Positions 1 through 14,482 of a stretch of DNA of 64,000 nt are shown here, in pieces; positions within the stretch are counted from its first letter, which is position 1, and the number at the start of each line of letters is the position of its first letter. A program made the position numbers and the translations under genes. Origin of the DNA: Verrucomicrobiia bacterium (lineage in GTDB: Bacteria > Verrucomicrobiota > Verrucomicrobiia > Palsa-1439). The stretch spans positions 28,151-92,150 of the forward strand of contig JBEKZD010000011.1 in NCBI GenBank assembly GCA_049510215.1, read 5' to 3'. The notes below the pieces were generated by a model. It did not search any database. It was not told the origin of the DNA and saw only the letters and a list, made by a program, of their open reading frames with translations.

Positions 1-51
1 TACAACATCTGCGAAATCATTAACCCTTCACTTCCTGTTCGGCGGGAAGCT

Positions 52-846
52 GTGCGAGCTAAGGGAGATTTTGCTCCGTCCTCGGACTCGCCAATAACTA
101 AGCCTGAACTCGTAGCGTTCGTCGCTGAATTTGCATCGAGAGACCCATTCATTCGTCTCTCTCTTCTTGAGAAAGACAACTCCTATGAACTGACTCTCCC
201 GGACGATCAGTACGACCGGTTTCTGCGACAAGTGAGAGATTGGGCTTGCAGCGACAATTGGCTCAATGCGGACGGCCCGTACTACATCAGAGTGCAAAAG
301 CACCTGAAGCGAACTCGTCGAAAGCGCTACGGTTCGGGTACGCTAGACGATGAGCAGAAATTTCATGAGTTACGAGTGTATGCTCCATCATTGGGGACGT
401 TGAAGAGGCTCTTCAGCGAGAGAATCAATTTCGACAAAATGGACTGGCGGGACTTGGAGAAGGTGATCGCTGAATTACTCGAGGCTGATGGTTACGATGT
501 TGAGCTACGCGGCGGTTCGAAAGACGGAGGGGTTGATGTTATCGCCTCCAAGAGGATTCCCCAGTTGGGACCGGTTCGAACTCTTTGGCAAGCGAAACAC
601 CTTCGACACGGCAATAAGGTAGGTCTCAGCACGATACGGGAACTTGCGGACGTCAGGAATGAGTGCAAAGCCACAAAGGCGATAATCGTGACGTCATCGT
701 ACTTGACCGCTGGTGCCCTTAAGAGAATCGAACGGGACGACTATGCATTGGGTAAGATCGAGCGGCCGGAGCTTGAAGAATGGATTAGCCGAACATTGTT
801 TGGAAAGGCGGGCTCTGATTCTCATCGGATAGCTCTCCCAGCCTGA
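52..846 (+). CDS. Mrr-like restriction endonuclease domain protein (N-terminal domain unknown)
   Basis: 264-aa ORF; C-terminal half matches Mrr_cat/PD-(D/E)xK restriction endonuclease fold (DWRDLEKVIAELLEADGY...GGSKDGGVDVIA...WQAKH...IVTSSY). Confidence 0.55.
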   Translation: MRAKGDFAPSSDSPITKPELVAFVAEFASRDPFIRLSLLEKDNSYELTLPDDQYDRFLRQVRDWACSDNWLNADGPYYIRVQKHLKRTRRKRYGSGTLDDEQKFHELRVYAPSLGTLKRLFSERINFDKMDWRDLEKVIAELLEADGYDVELRGGSKDGGVDVIASKRIPQLGPVRTLWQAKHLRHGNKVGLSTIRELADVRNECKATKAIIVTSSYLTAGALKRIERDDYALGKIERPELEEWISRTLFGKAGSDSHRIALPA

Positions 847-852
847 AGTAAG

Positions 853-887
853 TGAAATCGGGATGATGGAACACTAGCGCGCTGACC
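853..887 (-). repeat. degenerate copy of metH 3'-terminal coding segment (compare 948-982)
   Basis: gtgaaatcgggatgatggaacactagcgcgctgac vs gtgcaatcgggatgatgaaacaccagcgcgctgac inside metH end; about 90% identity, same orientation, 60 bp apart. Confidence 0.5.
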
Positions 888-916
888 CCGAAAAGGATTC
901 GGGGCAAGCGCTTTCT

Positions 917-4534
<3,618 letters not shown>

Positions 4535-4660
4535 AGCACAAGCGAAGCCGCGGTTCTCAGGCGGTTACAACACCGGAAAGATGTTGCCACGACACTCTAC
4601 AGCCGTGCGGGAAGTGCCCAGCGGAGCAGGGCTGCTGATACCACGACGAGTCTTGTCGCA

Positions 4661-4728
4661 GTAGCGCGGGCGTCTCGCCCGTGTCGTGCGGCATCCCCAA
4701 ATAGGAACGGGCGAGACGCCCGCGCTAC
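4661..4728. repeat. palindromic element, same family as 1438-1510, intergenic upstream of metH
   Basis: gtagcgcgggcgtctcgcccgtgtc ... gaacgggcgagacgcccgcgctac; half-copies at 14728-14751, variants at 1352-1375, 36684-36706, 49063-49090. Confidence 0.7.
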
Positions 4729-4813
4729 GGTGGCGGTTTCGAGATGCACGGAGATGCGTCCTTGCGTGCCGGCGGATTTCGGGGGATGATGCTTGTCAGA
4801 AGGATCGAAGGCA

Positions 4814-5368
4814 ATGAGGAGGACCATCTGTGTCATAGTCGCCGTCGTGAGCGCATGTCTCGTTGCTCGCGCGGCGGAAAAGGAGGCAACCATGACGCAA
4901 TTCAAGTTGACCAGTTCTATGTTCGGCGCGAACCAACCGATCCCAAAGAGGAACACGGGTGAAGGCCCGGACGCGTCGCCCGCGCTGAAATGGGAAGGCG
5001 CGCCGCCGGCTACAAAGAGCTTCGCGTTGATTTGTGACGACCCCGATGCGCCCGTTGGCACCTGGGTGCATTGGGTCGTCTACGACATTCCGGCGAAGAC
5101 GACCGAGTTGCCCGAGAACGTGGCGAAGATGGACACGGTTCCCGCTCTGGGCGGGACGAAGCAAGGCGTGAACGATTTCGGGCGCGTGGGCTACGGCGGA
5201 CCGATGCCGCCGCGCGGGCACGGCGTCCATCATTATTACTTCAAGCTGTACGCGCTGGATGCCGAGTTGAATTTGCCGGCGAAGGCAACCAAGGCGCAAC
5301 TTGAAGGCGCGCTGCGCGGACATATCGTTGCCCAGGCGGAACTGATCGGGACGTACGAGAGAAAGTGA
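4814..5368 (+). CDS. YbhB/YbcL (PEBP/Raf-kinase-inhibitor-like) family protein, secreted
   Basis: ORF 4793-5368; Met at 4814 followed by signal peptide; PEBP motifs DPDAPVGTWVHWVVYDIP and GHGVHHYYFKLYALD. Confidence 0.75.
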   Translation: MRRTICVIVAVVSACLVARAAEKEATMTQFKLTSSMFGANQPIPKRNTGEGPDASPALKWEGAPPATKSFALICDDPDAPVGTWVHWVVYDIPAKTTELPENVAKMDTVPALGGTKQGVNDFGRVGYGGPMPPRGHGVHHYYFKLYALDAELNLPAKATKAQLEGALRGHIVAQAELIGTYERK

Positions 5369-5382
5369 CAAGCCGCAGGCTT

Positions 5383-5449
5383 GTCATCCTGAGCGTCAGC
5401 GAAGGATCTCCACGTAACGTCAGAGATTCTTCGCTTCGCTCAGAATGAC
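5383..5449. repeat. hairpin element family B (arms GTCATYCTGAGCG..CGAAG / CTTCGC..CTCAGRRTGAC)
   Basis: gtcatcctgagcgtcagcgaagga ... cttcgcttcgctcagaatgac, about 21-bp stem; second copy at 16200-16311. Confidence 0.6.
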
Positions 5450-6542
5450 ATCCGTGGTATTTGTGGCCACGATGGAAGCCGATACGACACGCATCACCGC
5501 GGACAAACCGTGTCTGCCGCCGTTTTCGAAGCGGCAAGAACGCGACCTGCTCACATCGCTCCTGCGGGACGTTTCCCGCTCGTTTTATCTGACGCTGCGC
5601 GTGCTGCCGCGCGAGATTCGGCCGCAGGTTTCGCTGGCGTATCTGCTGGCGCGTGCAAGCGACACGATTGCAGACACGAAGACGGTGGTGCGGGAGAAGC
5701 GGATCGAGCGCCTCCGAGAATTTCGTATGGTCTTGTGTGGGGAGGGTCGCGCTTCGTCGCGACCGTTGGCACAAAAACCCGGCCTCGACGGAGCGAGGCC
5801 CTCCAATCGTGCAGAAGCGACACTACTGGAGCGACTCGGCGATTGCGTCGAGATGTTCGCATCCTTCTCAACCGAAGACCGTACACGCATCAGCGAACTT
5901 CTCCAGGTCATCATCGATGGCCAAATCTTCGATCTGGAGCGATTTCCGGGGGAAAGCGAGCGGGAGTTGGTCGCGCTGCAAAACGACGATGAACTCGATC
6001 GGTACACGTACATGGTCGCAGGATGTGTTGGTGAATTCTGGACGAGGATGTGCAAAACCCATCTGCCCCAGTTGGAGTGTTGGAGCAGCGGAGCAATGGA
6101 AGAATTGGGGGTGCGATTTGGGAAGGGACTGCAGCTTGTGAACGTCTTGCGCGACATTCCCAAAGACTTGCGGATCGGGCGCTGTTATTTGCCCGTGAAA
6201 GAGCCGCGCACCTTGCTCGATCCCGCCAATTACGACTCGATACGACCCGAATACACCAAGTGGCTCGACCGCGCGGTCGAACATTTGGACGCGGGCTGGC
6301 AGTACACGATGCAGATTCCGTCGGACTTGTGGCGCTTGCGCCTCGCATGCGTCTGGCCGATTTGGATCGGGTTGAAAACCATCGCGCGATTGCGGCAGGG
6401 GAATCCGCTCGACCCATCGCACCGCATCAAGGTTTCGCGCGGGGAGGTTTATGGCTTGATGGCGCGGTCGTTTTTGGTTTGCCAGAGCGACGCGGCGCTC
6501 GATGAGAGATATCGGAAGCTGCGGCGGACAGCCATCCCGTAG
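5445..6542 (+). CDS. squalene/phytoene synthase family protein (HpnC/HpnD-like)
   Basis: SRSFYLTLRVLPREIRPQVSLAYLLARASDTIADT is typical of head-to-head isoprenoid synthases; start uncertain (Met at 5472 possible, because 5445 overlaps hairpin element). Confidence 0.65.
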   Translation: MTSVVFVATMEADTTRITADKPCLPPFSKRQERDLLTSLLRDVSRSFYLTLRVLPREIRPQVSLAYLLARASDTIADTKTVVREKRIERLREFRMVLCGEGRASSRPLAQKPGLDGARPSNRAEATLLERLGDCVEMFASFSTEDRTRISELLQVIIDGQIFDLERFPGESERELVALQNDDELDRYTYMVAGCVGEFWTRMCKTHLPQLECWSSGAMEELGVRFGKGLQLVNVLRDIPKDLRIGRCYLPVKEPRTLLDPANYDSIRPEYTKWLDRAVEHLDAGWQYTMQIPSDLWRLRLACVWPIWIGLKTIARLRQGNPLDPSHRIKVSRGEVYGLMARSFLVCQSDAALDERYRKLRRTAIP

Positions 6543-6617
6543 GGGCGCACCTGTGTGTGCGCCCGATGTCGGACAACCGAGAAACAGGGCAGACACGCAG
6601 GTCTGCCCCTACGGCAA

Positions 6618-8198
6618 TTATGGCTTCCGTTGTTCGTCCTTGAAAAGCTTGTACTCGACGGAATCCACCAGCGCTTCCCAACTGGCTTCGATCAGGTTGT
6701 CGTGGACGCCGACCGTGCCCCAGATGTCGGCGCCATCGGTGGACTCGATGATGACGCGCGTCTTGGCAGCGGTGCCGGCCTGGGAGTCGAGGATGCGAAC
6801 TTTGTAATCCACGAGCTGCACGGCGGCAATGGACGGGTAGAACTTCATTAGCGCGGCGCGCAACGCCTTGTCGAGCGCGTTGACAGGACCGTCACCCTCG
6901 GCCACGGTGTGCACGACCTTGCCGTTCACGTCCAGCTTGACGCTGGCTTCGACTTTGCTGCCGCCGTCCTCGCCGTAGCGATCCATGATGACGCGATAGG
7001 CCAGCAGAGTGAAGAACGGTTTGTGTCGCTTGAGCAGTTTCTGCACGAGGATGTGGAAACTGGCGTCGGCCGCTTCGAATTCGTAGCCCGCGTGCTCGAG
7101 TTGTTTCAGTTGCTGCAATATTTCGCGGACCTCGGGCGAGTCCTTCGGCAGATGGACACCCAACTCGTGCGCCTTGATCAACACGTTGCTGCGCCCGCTC
7201 AATTCGCTGACGAGCACGCGGCGGCGGTTGCCGACCGCTTCAGGCTCGATGTGCTCGTAGCTGCGCGCCACCTTTTCGATGGCATCGACGTGGATGCCGC
7301 CTTTGTGCGCGAAGGCCGTCGCGCCGACGAACGGTTGGCGGATATCGTGGCGTACGTTCCCGAGGTCGTCGATGAACAACGACAACTCGCGCAGATGCCG
7401 AACGTTCTCTTTCGGGATGCACTCGATGCCCATCTTCAGCACGAGGCATGGGATGACGGTGGTCAGGTTGCAATTGCCCGTCCGCTCGCCGTAGCCGTTC
7501 ATCGTGCCTTGTACCTGCGCCGTGCCTTGCTCAACGGCAGCCAGCGCGTTGGCCGTGCCCAAGCCGCAATCGTTGTGCGTGTGAATGCCGACGGGGCAGG
7601 GGAGCGCCTTGCAGATTTCCGCAGTGATTCGTCCCACCTCGCCCTGCATCGAGCCGCCGTTGGTGTCGCAGAGCACGACGATGTCCGCACCAGCGTCCTG
7701 TGCGGCTTTCAACGTCGCCAGCGCGTAACGCGGGTCATCCTTGTACCCGTCGAAGAAATGTTCCGCGTCATAGACCACTTCTTTGCCGAGTTGTTTGAAA
7801 TGGCGCACCGAGTCTGCAATCATCGCGAGGTTTTCCCCGGGCGTCGTGCGAATGACTTCCGCGACGTGCAACGGCCACGTCTTGCCGACGAGTGTGACAA
7901 CGGGCGTATTGGCTTTCACCAGCATGTCGATCTGCGGGTCCTCCTTGCACTTTGTGTTCGCGCGGCGCGTGCTGCCGAAGGCCGCAATGCGAGCCTGCTT
8001 GAACCTCCGGTTTGCCACCTCCGTGAAGAAATCCATGTCCTTCGGGTTTGACCCCGGCCAACCGCCCTCGATGTAGTGCACCCCGAACGCGTCCAGCCGC
8101 TCGGCGATGCGGATCTTGTCCGCGCTCGAAAACGAGATGCCTTCGCCCTGCGCGCCGTCGCGCAACGTCGTGTCGTAGATTTTTACCTGTCTGCTCAT
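6618..8198 (-). CDS. 2-isopropylmalate synthase / citramalate synthase family (LeuA type, with LeuA-dimer C-terminal domain)
   Basis: MSRQVKIYDTTLRDGAQGEG...HTHNDCGLGTANALAAVEQG; 526 aa. Confidence 0.85.
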   Translation of the reverse strand: MSRQVKIYDTTLRDGAQGEGISFSSADKIRIAERLDAFGVHYIEGGWPGSNPKDMDFFTEVANRRFKQARIAAFGSTRRANTKCKEDPQIDMLVKANTPVVTLVGKTWPLHVAEVIRTTPGENLAMIADSVRHFKQLGKEVVYDAEHFFDGYKDDPRYALATLKAAQDAGADIVVLCDTNGGSMQGEVGRITAEICKALPCPVGIHTHNDCGLGTANALAAVEQGTAQVQGTMNGYGERTGNCNLTTVIPCLVLKMGIECIPKENVRHLRELSLFIDDLGNVRHDIRQPFVGATAFAHKGGIHVDAIEKVARSYEHIEPEAVGNRRRVLVSELSGRSNVLIKAHELGVHLPKDSPEVREILQQLKQLEHAGYEFEAADASFHILVQKLLKRHKPFFTLLAYRVIMDRYGEDGGSKVEASVKLDVNGKVVHTVAEGDGPVNALDKALRAALMKFYPSIAAVQLVDYKVRILDSQAGTAAKTRVIIESTDGADIWGTVGVHDNLIEASWEALVDSVEYKLFKDEQRKP

Positions 8199-8366
8199 TG
8201 GAAGACTCGAAGACTAAAACCAACCGCCGCGCTCGTCAACCTTGCACTTGGGCGGAGAATTGCCTCGACTTTTCGGCTCCGTTGTGCTTCAATATGCTTT
8301 GCGCGGACGAGAGAAGGTCTAAGGTCGGTTCATGATCATTCAACGCGGGGAATATAGGGCGCCTGC

Positions 8367-11300
8367 TTGCCGTTCCGGCTTCCTAACATCCGGTCTGGAA
8401 CTGATTCTATGCGGGCTGTGCAGGCACGGGACGTTCTTCACGACGTATCCAACCAACCTATGTTTATGACCGAGACAATCCTTGGGACACCGTTGCCGAT
8501 CGTGAGACGTCGGTTGAAGAATCGCGCCCCCGTTTTGCGTCTCCACGGCCCGTCGTTCAATAAAGTTCTCACTCGCGCCGGTCGTGCCACGGAACATGTT
8601 GCCGCAGCATGTGTTGCGATCCTCCTCTTCGCAACCTCCTCCGTCCAGGCCGCTGAAAGACAAGCGTTGCGCGGCCACGTGCCGAGGGCCATCGCAGACT
8701 TGAATTTGCAGCCCGTGGGCCTTCTTCCCGGCACGAACCGTTTGCATCTGGCCATTGGGTTGCCATTGCGCAACCAAGAAGCGCTCACTGCCTTGCTGCA
8801 ACAGCTTTACGACCCGGCCAGTCCCAACTACCGTCACTATCTGACGCCAGAACAGTTCACGGAAAAGTTTGGTCCGACAGAACAGGATTATCAAGCAGTC
8901 GTCGCATTCGCCAAGGCCAACGGATTTGCGGTGACGGCCACGTATCCCAATCGCGTGGTTCTTGACGTGGAAGGTACCGTCGCGGACATCGAGAGAACTC
9001 TCCATGTGACGATGCGGGTTTACCAGCATCCGACGGAAGCGCGCATGTTCTACGTGCCGGATGTCGAGCCATCGCTTGACTTGGCGGTACCAATCCTACA
9101 CATCAACGGGTTGGACAACTACGCGCTGCCGTTTCCAAAGCTTGTCCGGAAACCAGCCAGCAAGGTGGCCGTCGCGATGCCCAATGCCGGCTCGGGTCCG
9201 AGTGGGTCGTATCTGGGCTATGATTTTCGTAAGGCATATATTCCTGGGACAACATTGACTGGTACTGGTCAGAGCGTCGCACTGTTCGAATTGGACGGAT
9301 ATTACGCAGTTGACATCAGCAACTACGTGGCCCTGGCAGGATTGCCCAACGTACCGCTGGTGAATGTGCCGGTCAACGGTGGCATTGGCACTCCCGGCGT
9401 CAACGGCGGGATCGACGAGGTGTCATTGGACATTGAAATGGTGGTGGCAATGGCGCCCGGCCTTTCTCATGTTTACGTTTATGAAGGGCTGGATCCTGAT
9501 TCTGTCCTGAGTAAGATTGCCAGTGACAATCTGGCTCAACAAATAAGCTCCTCTTGGGGCTGGTCGCCGGGACCTGATTTGGTTGCCGATGGCATTTTTG
9601 CCGAGATGGCGACCCAAGGGCAGACCTTCTTCGATGCGGTTGGTGACTACGACGCATTTGCGCCGGGCACGGCGGATACCTACGCTCCAAGCACCAGCAC
9701 CAACATCACTGAGGTCGGCGGGACCACCTTGATGACGAGTGGTCCGGGCGGCGTTTGGACCAACGAAACGGTCTGGAACTGGAGAACAGCAAACCCGACG
9801 ATGGGGGAATGGGGCGGCAGCGGTGGCATCAGTACGAATTATTCGATTCCGGTCTACCAAAAAGGGATCATCATGTCTGTCAACGGCGGTTCGACAACAA
9901 AGCGCAATGTTCCCGACGTCGCCCTGACCGCCGACAATGTTTATGTGATCGCCAACAAGGGTGCGGATAACGGTATCTATGGCGGCACCAGTTGCGCGGC
10001 GCCGTTGTGGGCGGGCTTTACGGCCTTGATCAACCAGCAGGGTGCCGCCAACAGCGTTCCGCCGGTCGGCTTTCTCAACCCGGCCATCTACGCCATTGGC
10101 CCGAGCGGCAGCTACACCAACTGTTTTCACGACATCACCACCGGCAATAACACTTGGGGCGGCAGTACGAATCAGTTCTACGCCGTTTCCGGCTACGATC
10201 TCTGCACCGGTTGGGGTACGCCGAACGGCACCAACCTGATCAACGCGCTGTTGGGTGCGCCACTGGTGCCACCCTATCCCTCCCTTGTCAGTGTCGGCTC
10301 GATCGTGAGCGGGGGCAATGGCAACGGTGTGATTGATTACGACGAGTGCAATCTGCTCTACCTCCCGGTCGCGAATGTCGGCTACGGGACCGCCACCGTC
10401 GTCAACGCCACGCTGACGACCAGCACGCCCGGCGTCACGATCACCCAGCCTACCTCCACCTATTCGAACCTCGCGCCCGGCGCAATCACCACCAACAACA
10501 CGCCGTTCCAGATCAGCACCTCACTGTCATTCGTCTGCGGCACACCAATCCCGCTGTCGCTGGCGTTGTCCTACACCGGCGGCTCCAATACCAACACCAT
10601 TACCCTGCCCACCTGCCAATGCCCGACGATTCAAGTGAACGGCAGCTTGAGTGCCAGCAGCCCGACGCAGAGCGGCAGCCTCTGGCCCAGTGGCACGAAC
10701 AGTACCTGCAGTGCTGCGAAATCCTGCCCCGGGACGTATGCAGCGGGTACGGTCGCCTATCACGCTTACTCATACACGAACTCAAACAGTTCGGCAGTTT
10801 GCGTGTCCGTGACCGTCTCCGCAACTTGCGGTGATGACTACTACAGTTCCATTTTCTCGGAGGCGTATCTCGGCAATTACAATCCCGGCAGTCTCTGCAC
10901 ACACTACCTAGCCGACATGGGTGGCAACGACGGGCAGTACAGCGGCCCGGGGGTATTTAGTTACTCCTTCACCGTTCCTGCCAACACCAACTTCACTGTG
11001 GTCGTGAATGGGATGCACCATGGTTACTATTGCTCCAGTTACACCCTCACCGTCGCCGGCCTGCTCTGTCCATTGGATGGTGGTGGCGCGTGTGCCGGAG
11101 TCTCGGCGAATTTCAGCGGAACACCCACGAATGGTGTCGCTCCATTGGCCGTGACTTTCACCGACACCTCGACCGGCACAATCACGAACCGATTCTGGGA
11201 TTTCGGCGACAGCACCACCACCAACACGACCGCGACCAACGTCCAGCACACGTACAACGCGGCGGGCACCAATACCGTGACGTTGATCGTCAGCGGGCCA

Positions 11301-11732
11301 CTTGGCGACAGCACCAACACACGGCCCAACTATGTGACCGTGCTGACCACGTATCAGGGTTGGCAGATGCAGTACTTCGGCTGCATCGGCTGTCTGCAGG
11401 CGGCAGAAACTGCTGACCCGGATGGTGACGGCCAGAACAACCTCGCTGAGTTCCTTGCGGGCACCGACCCGACCAACAGCGCCTCGGCATTCCATATCAT
11501 TTCGATTGTGCAGGAGGACGACGACCTTCGCGTCGGTTGGCTGGCGGGTGGGGGCAGAACCAATGTCGTGCAGGCCGTGAACGATGCCGGCAGCGGTTTT
11601 ACGAACAGCTTCAGCGACCTTAGCCCGCTCTTCATCATTCCCGGTGCAGGCGATGTGCTCACCAACTACCTCGACGTTGGCGGCGCGACCAACGCGCCCT
11701 CCCGCTTCTACCGCGTACGGCTCGTGCCGTAG
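8367..11732 (+). CDS. secreted multidomain peptidase: pro-kumamolisin activation domain + S53 sedolisin + PKD domain + TSP3-like motif + shared C-terminal domain
   Basis: propeptide LRGHVPRAIADL...PASPNYRHYLTPEQF; sedolisin serine GGTSCAAPLWAG; PKD WDFGDSTTTNT; tail ...TNYLDVGGATNAPSRFYRVRLVP; start uncertain (TTG/ATG candidates before signal peptide AAACVAILLFATSSVQA). Confidence 0.8.
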   Translation: MPFRLPNIRSGTDSMRAVQARDVLHDVSNQPMFMTETILGTPLPIVRRRLKNRAPVLRLHGPSFNKVLTRAGRATEHVAAACVAILLFATSSVQAAERQALRGHVPRAIADLNLQPVGLLPGTNRLHLAIGLPLRNQEALTALLQQLYDPASPNYRHYLTPEQFTEKFGPTEQDYQAVVAFAKANGFAVTATYPNRVVLDVEGTVADIERTLHVTMRVYQHPTEARMFYVPDVEPSLDLAVPILHINGLDNYALPFPKLVRKPASKVAVAMPNAGSGPSGSYLGYDFRKAYIPGTTLTGTGQSVALFELDGYYAVDISNYVALAGLPNVPLVNVPVNGGIGTPGVNGGIDEVSLDIEMVVAMAPGLSHVYVYEGLDPDSVLSKIASDNLAQQISSSWGWSPGPDLVADGIFAEMATQGQTFFDAVGDYDAFAPGTADTYAPSTSTNITEVGGTTLMTSGPGGVWTNETVWNWRTANPTMGEWGGSGGISTNYSIPVYQKGIIMSVNGGSTTKRNVPDVALTADNVYVIANKGADNGIYGGTSCAAPLWAGFTALINQQGAANSVPPVGFLNPAIYAIGPSGSYTNCFHDITTGNNTWGGSTNQFYAVSGYDLCTGWGTPNGTNLINALLGAPLVPPYPSLVSVGSIVSGGNGNGVIDYDECNLLYLPVANVGYGTATVVNATLTTSTPGVTITQPTSTYSNLAPGAITTNNTPFQISTSLSFVCGTPIPLSLALSYTGGSNTNTITLPTCQCPTIQVNGSLSASSPTQSGSLWPSGTNSTCSAAKSCPGTYAAGTVAYHAYSYTNSNSSAVCVSVTVSATCGDDYYSSIFSEAYLGNYNPGSLCTHYLADMGGNDGQYSGPGVFSYSFTVPANTNFTVVVNGMHHGYYCSSYTLTVAGLLCPLDGGGACAGVSANFSGTPTNGVAPLAVTFTDTSTGTITNRFWDFGDSTTTNTTATNVQHTYNAAGTNTVTLIVSGPLGDSTNTRPNYVTVLTTYQGWQMQYFGCIGCLQAAETADPDGDGQNNLAEFLAGTDPTNSASAFHIISIVQEDDDLRVGWLAGGGRTNVVQAVNDAGSGFTNSFSDLSPLFIIPGAGDVLTNYLDVGGATNAPSRFYRVRLVP

Positions 11733-12004
11733 ATGATCAGCGCGGCGCCTGCACTGCTAGCCGAGGTGTATTGCCCCTGCATCCTTCTCATCCGCCCTAA
11801 CAAAACCCAAATCTGCCACGCTACAATCCGACAGCAAAACGCTAATCCCGGCGTTGCGCGATTTTCTGTCTTCTGGTATACTGAATCCCACTTGGAGAAA
11901 GCCAAGAAGCGCGCAGCCGCAGAAGGAGAAACTTGTCGCAAAATGCCGCGGGCGCCGCGAGGACGCCGTGGGGTTCTGACGACAATCACTTTGTGGGAAG
12001 ACAA

Positions 12005-14482
12005 ATGAAAACGGGAAATCTCCTGAAGTCCTACCTTGTTTTTGTAGTGACTCTCAGTCTGGTTGCTCTACATCCATCTCTCACTGCCGCTCAGGAAAAG
12101 TTGTCCCGGTCCCCGGTCAACCCGGCATTTGAAGAGTATCTTGCCAAACGCCAACAAGGGGTGGTTGCCCTTCAGCAAAATGAAATGTCGCGCGGGTACA
12201 TCCCGCCGCCCATGCAATTGCCCGCGCCCAGTGGCGCCGTGCCCGCGCTGGTGGCCGGCCCGTTAACACTGCCGTCTTCTTATGACCTGCGCATCCAGGG
12301 CAAGCTGACGCCAATTCGGAACCAAGACGGCTGCGGTGATTGCTGGGCCTTTGCCACCTACTCCTCGCTGGAATCCTGTCTGTTGACCAACGAGACCTGG
12401 GATTTTTCGGAGAACAATCTCAATGTCTCCAGTGGATTCGATATCGGCTGTTGCATCGGTGGCAACAGTTACATGTCCGCCGCCTACTTGGCGCGCTGGA
12501 GCGGCCCGGTCAGTCAGTCGGATGACCCCGAGACCTGGACCGGCTGCACGACCGTGTCCGGCGTCGCCGCCCGAAAACACATTCAGGAGGTTTTGTTTCT
12601 TCCATTGCGCACCAGCGCGACGGACAACAACACCATCAAGCAAGCCGTAATGACCTACGGAGCGGTGTACACCGCCATCTTGGTCACGGGCGGAGCTGGG
12701 TATCTGCCGCCGTATTCGGACGCCTACTACAATGCCAGCACATACGCCTACTATTACAACGGCACCGCCGCCACCGACCATGCCATTGCCATTGTCGGCT
12801 GGGATGACAGCTTTGCCGCCAGCAATTTCAGCACGGTTCCACCGGGCAATGGCGCCTTCATCATCCGGAACAGTTGGGGCACCGCTTGGGGCCAGAGCGG
12901 CTACTTCTACATGTCGTACTACGACACCTGGGTCGGCAGGGAAGAGAACGCGGTGTTCGTGAGTCCCGATTCCACAGACAAGTACTCGCGCAACTACCAG
13001 TACGATCCGCTCGGCTGGGTGAGTTCGTTCGGTACTGGCTCGTCCAGCAATTATTGGGGAGCAAACATATTTACCGCGGTGGGCGCGGAGCAGTTGCGGG
13101 CGGTGAGTTTCTATACGCCAGTGGTGAATTCCACCTACCAGATTTATGTGTATACCAACGCAACATCCGGTCCAACCAGCGGCACCTTGGCCAGCAGCAC
13201 CAGTGGAACCAACGCCCTACCCGGTTACTTCACGATTGCACTGCCCACGGTGGTGAATCTGACAGCGAGCCAGAAATTCTCAGTTGTGGTGAAATTCACG
13301 ACCCCCGGCTACAACTGGCCCGTCCCGATCGAGTACGCTTATTCTGGATACAGCAGCGGCGCGACCGCTGCGGCAGGACAAAGTTATTACAGTTCCTCGG
13401 GCTCCTCTTGGACGGACTTCACATCGTATAATTCCACCATGAACGCCTGCATCAAGGCGTTCACTTCCGTCAACGACGTCAGCGTCACCCTGACGGCAGC
13501 GCCGAACCCGGTCCTGTGCGGCAGCAATCTCACCTACAGCATCGCCGTCAGCAACCTCGGTCCGGCGTGGGCGACCAGTGTCACCGTTACCGACCCCGTA
13601 CCGGCCAACGTGACCTTCAACTCGGCCACGCCCTCCCAAGGCGCCTGCACCAATCAAGGCGGTAGAATCATCTGTGGCCTCGGCACGCTCGACAGCAATG
13701 CGACTGCCACCGTCTCCATCAGCGTCACGCCGACGCTCGCGGGCGCGTTGACCAACACGGTCACCGTCACGGCGAGCGAGCCTGACACAAATTCTGGCAA
13801 CAACGCCGCAACCAACATCACCACCGTCACCGCCCTGCCGCCGACGATCACGACGTCGAGTCCATTGCCGACGGGCACGGTTGGTGTGGTCTACAGCCAG
13901 GCATTGATGGCGAGCGGTGGCACGACGCCGTACAGTTGGTCGGTGGTGTCGAACAGTTTGCCGGCTGGTTTGACGTTGGTGGCCAGCAGTGGTTCGATCA
14001 CCGGCGCGCCGACGACGGCGACGACCGCCAGTTTCACCGTGCGCGTGACGGATGCCGGCAGCCAAATCGCCAACAAAGACTTCAGTCTGACGATCAATCT
14101 GCCGGCATTTCAGGCGTGGCAGGTCCAATACTTCGGCTGTACCAATTGTCCGCAGGCGGCCCCGGACGCGGACCCGTTGGGCAAGGGAATGAGCAACACC
14201 AACCAGTTCCTGCTGGGCCTGAACCCGACCAACGCGGCTTCGGTGTTCCGGATCACCTCCTTGGCGCAACAGGGCAACGGAACCAATGTGATTACCTGGT
14301 CCACTGCCGGCGTGCGCACCAACGTGGTGCAAGGCGCGGCTGGGGACGGTAGCGGCGGTTACAGCAACAACTTCACCGACATCAGCGGCGGCATCATCAT
14401 CCCCATCGTCGGGGATACGATCACCAACTATACGGATCAGAACGGAACGAACGAGTACTACCGGATCCGGTTGGGCCCGTAG
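12005..14482 (+). CDS. secreted papain-like (C1) cysteine peptidase + DUF11-like repeat + putative Ig (He_PIG) domain + shared C-terminal domain
   Basis: signal peptide MKTGNLLKSYLVFVVTLSLVA; C1 catalytic triad context QDGCGDCWAF, HAIAIVGWDD, NSWGTAWGQSGYFYMSY; tail NNFTDIS...TNYTDQNGTNEYYRIRLGP. Confidence 0.8.
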   Translation: MKTGNLLKSYLVFVVTLSLVALHPSLTAAQEKLSRSPVNPAFEEYLAKRQQGVVALQQNEMSRGYIPPPMQLPAPSGAVPALVAGPLTLPSSYDLRIQGKLTPIRNQDGCGDCWAFATYSSLESCLLTNETWDFSENNLNVSSGFDIGCCIGGNSYMSAAYLARWSGPVSQSDDPETWTGCTTVSGVAARKHIQEVLFLPLRTSATDNNTIKQAVMTYGAVYTAILVTGGAGYLPPYSDAYYNASTYAYYYNGTAATDHAIAIVGWDDSFAASNFSTVPPGNGAFIIRNSWGTAWGQSGYFYMSYYDTWVGREENAVFVSPDSTDKYSRNYQYDPLGWVSSFGTGSSSNYWGANIFTAVGAEQLRAVSFYTPVVNSTYQIYVYTNATSGPTSGTLASSTSGTNALPGYFTIALPTVVNLTASQKFSVVVKFTTPGYNWPVPIEYAYSGYSSGATAAAGQSYYSSSGSSWTDFTSYNSTMNACIKAFTSVNDVSVTLTAAPNPVLCGSNLTYSIAVSNLGPAWATSVTVTDPVPANVTFNSATPSQGACTNQGGRIICGLGTLDSNATATVSISVTPTLAGALTNTVTVTASEPDTNSGNNAATNITTVTALPPTITTSSPLPTGTVGVVYSQALMASGGTTPYSWSVVSNSLPAGLTLVASSGSITGAPTTATTASFTVRVTDAGSQIANKDFSLTINLPAFQAWQVQYFGCTNCPQAAPDADPLGKGMSNTNQFLLGLNPTNAASVFRITSLAQQGNGTNVITWSTAGVRTNVVQGAAGDGSGGYSNNFTDISGGIIIPIVGDTITNYTDQNGTNEYYRIRLGP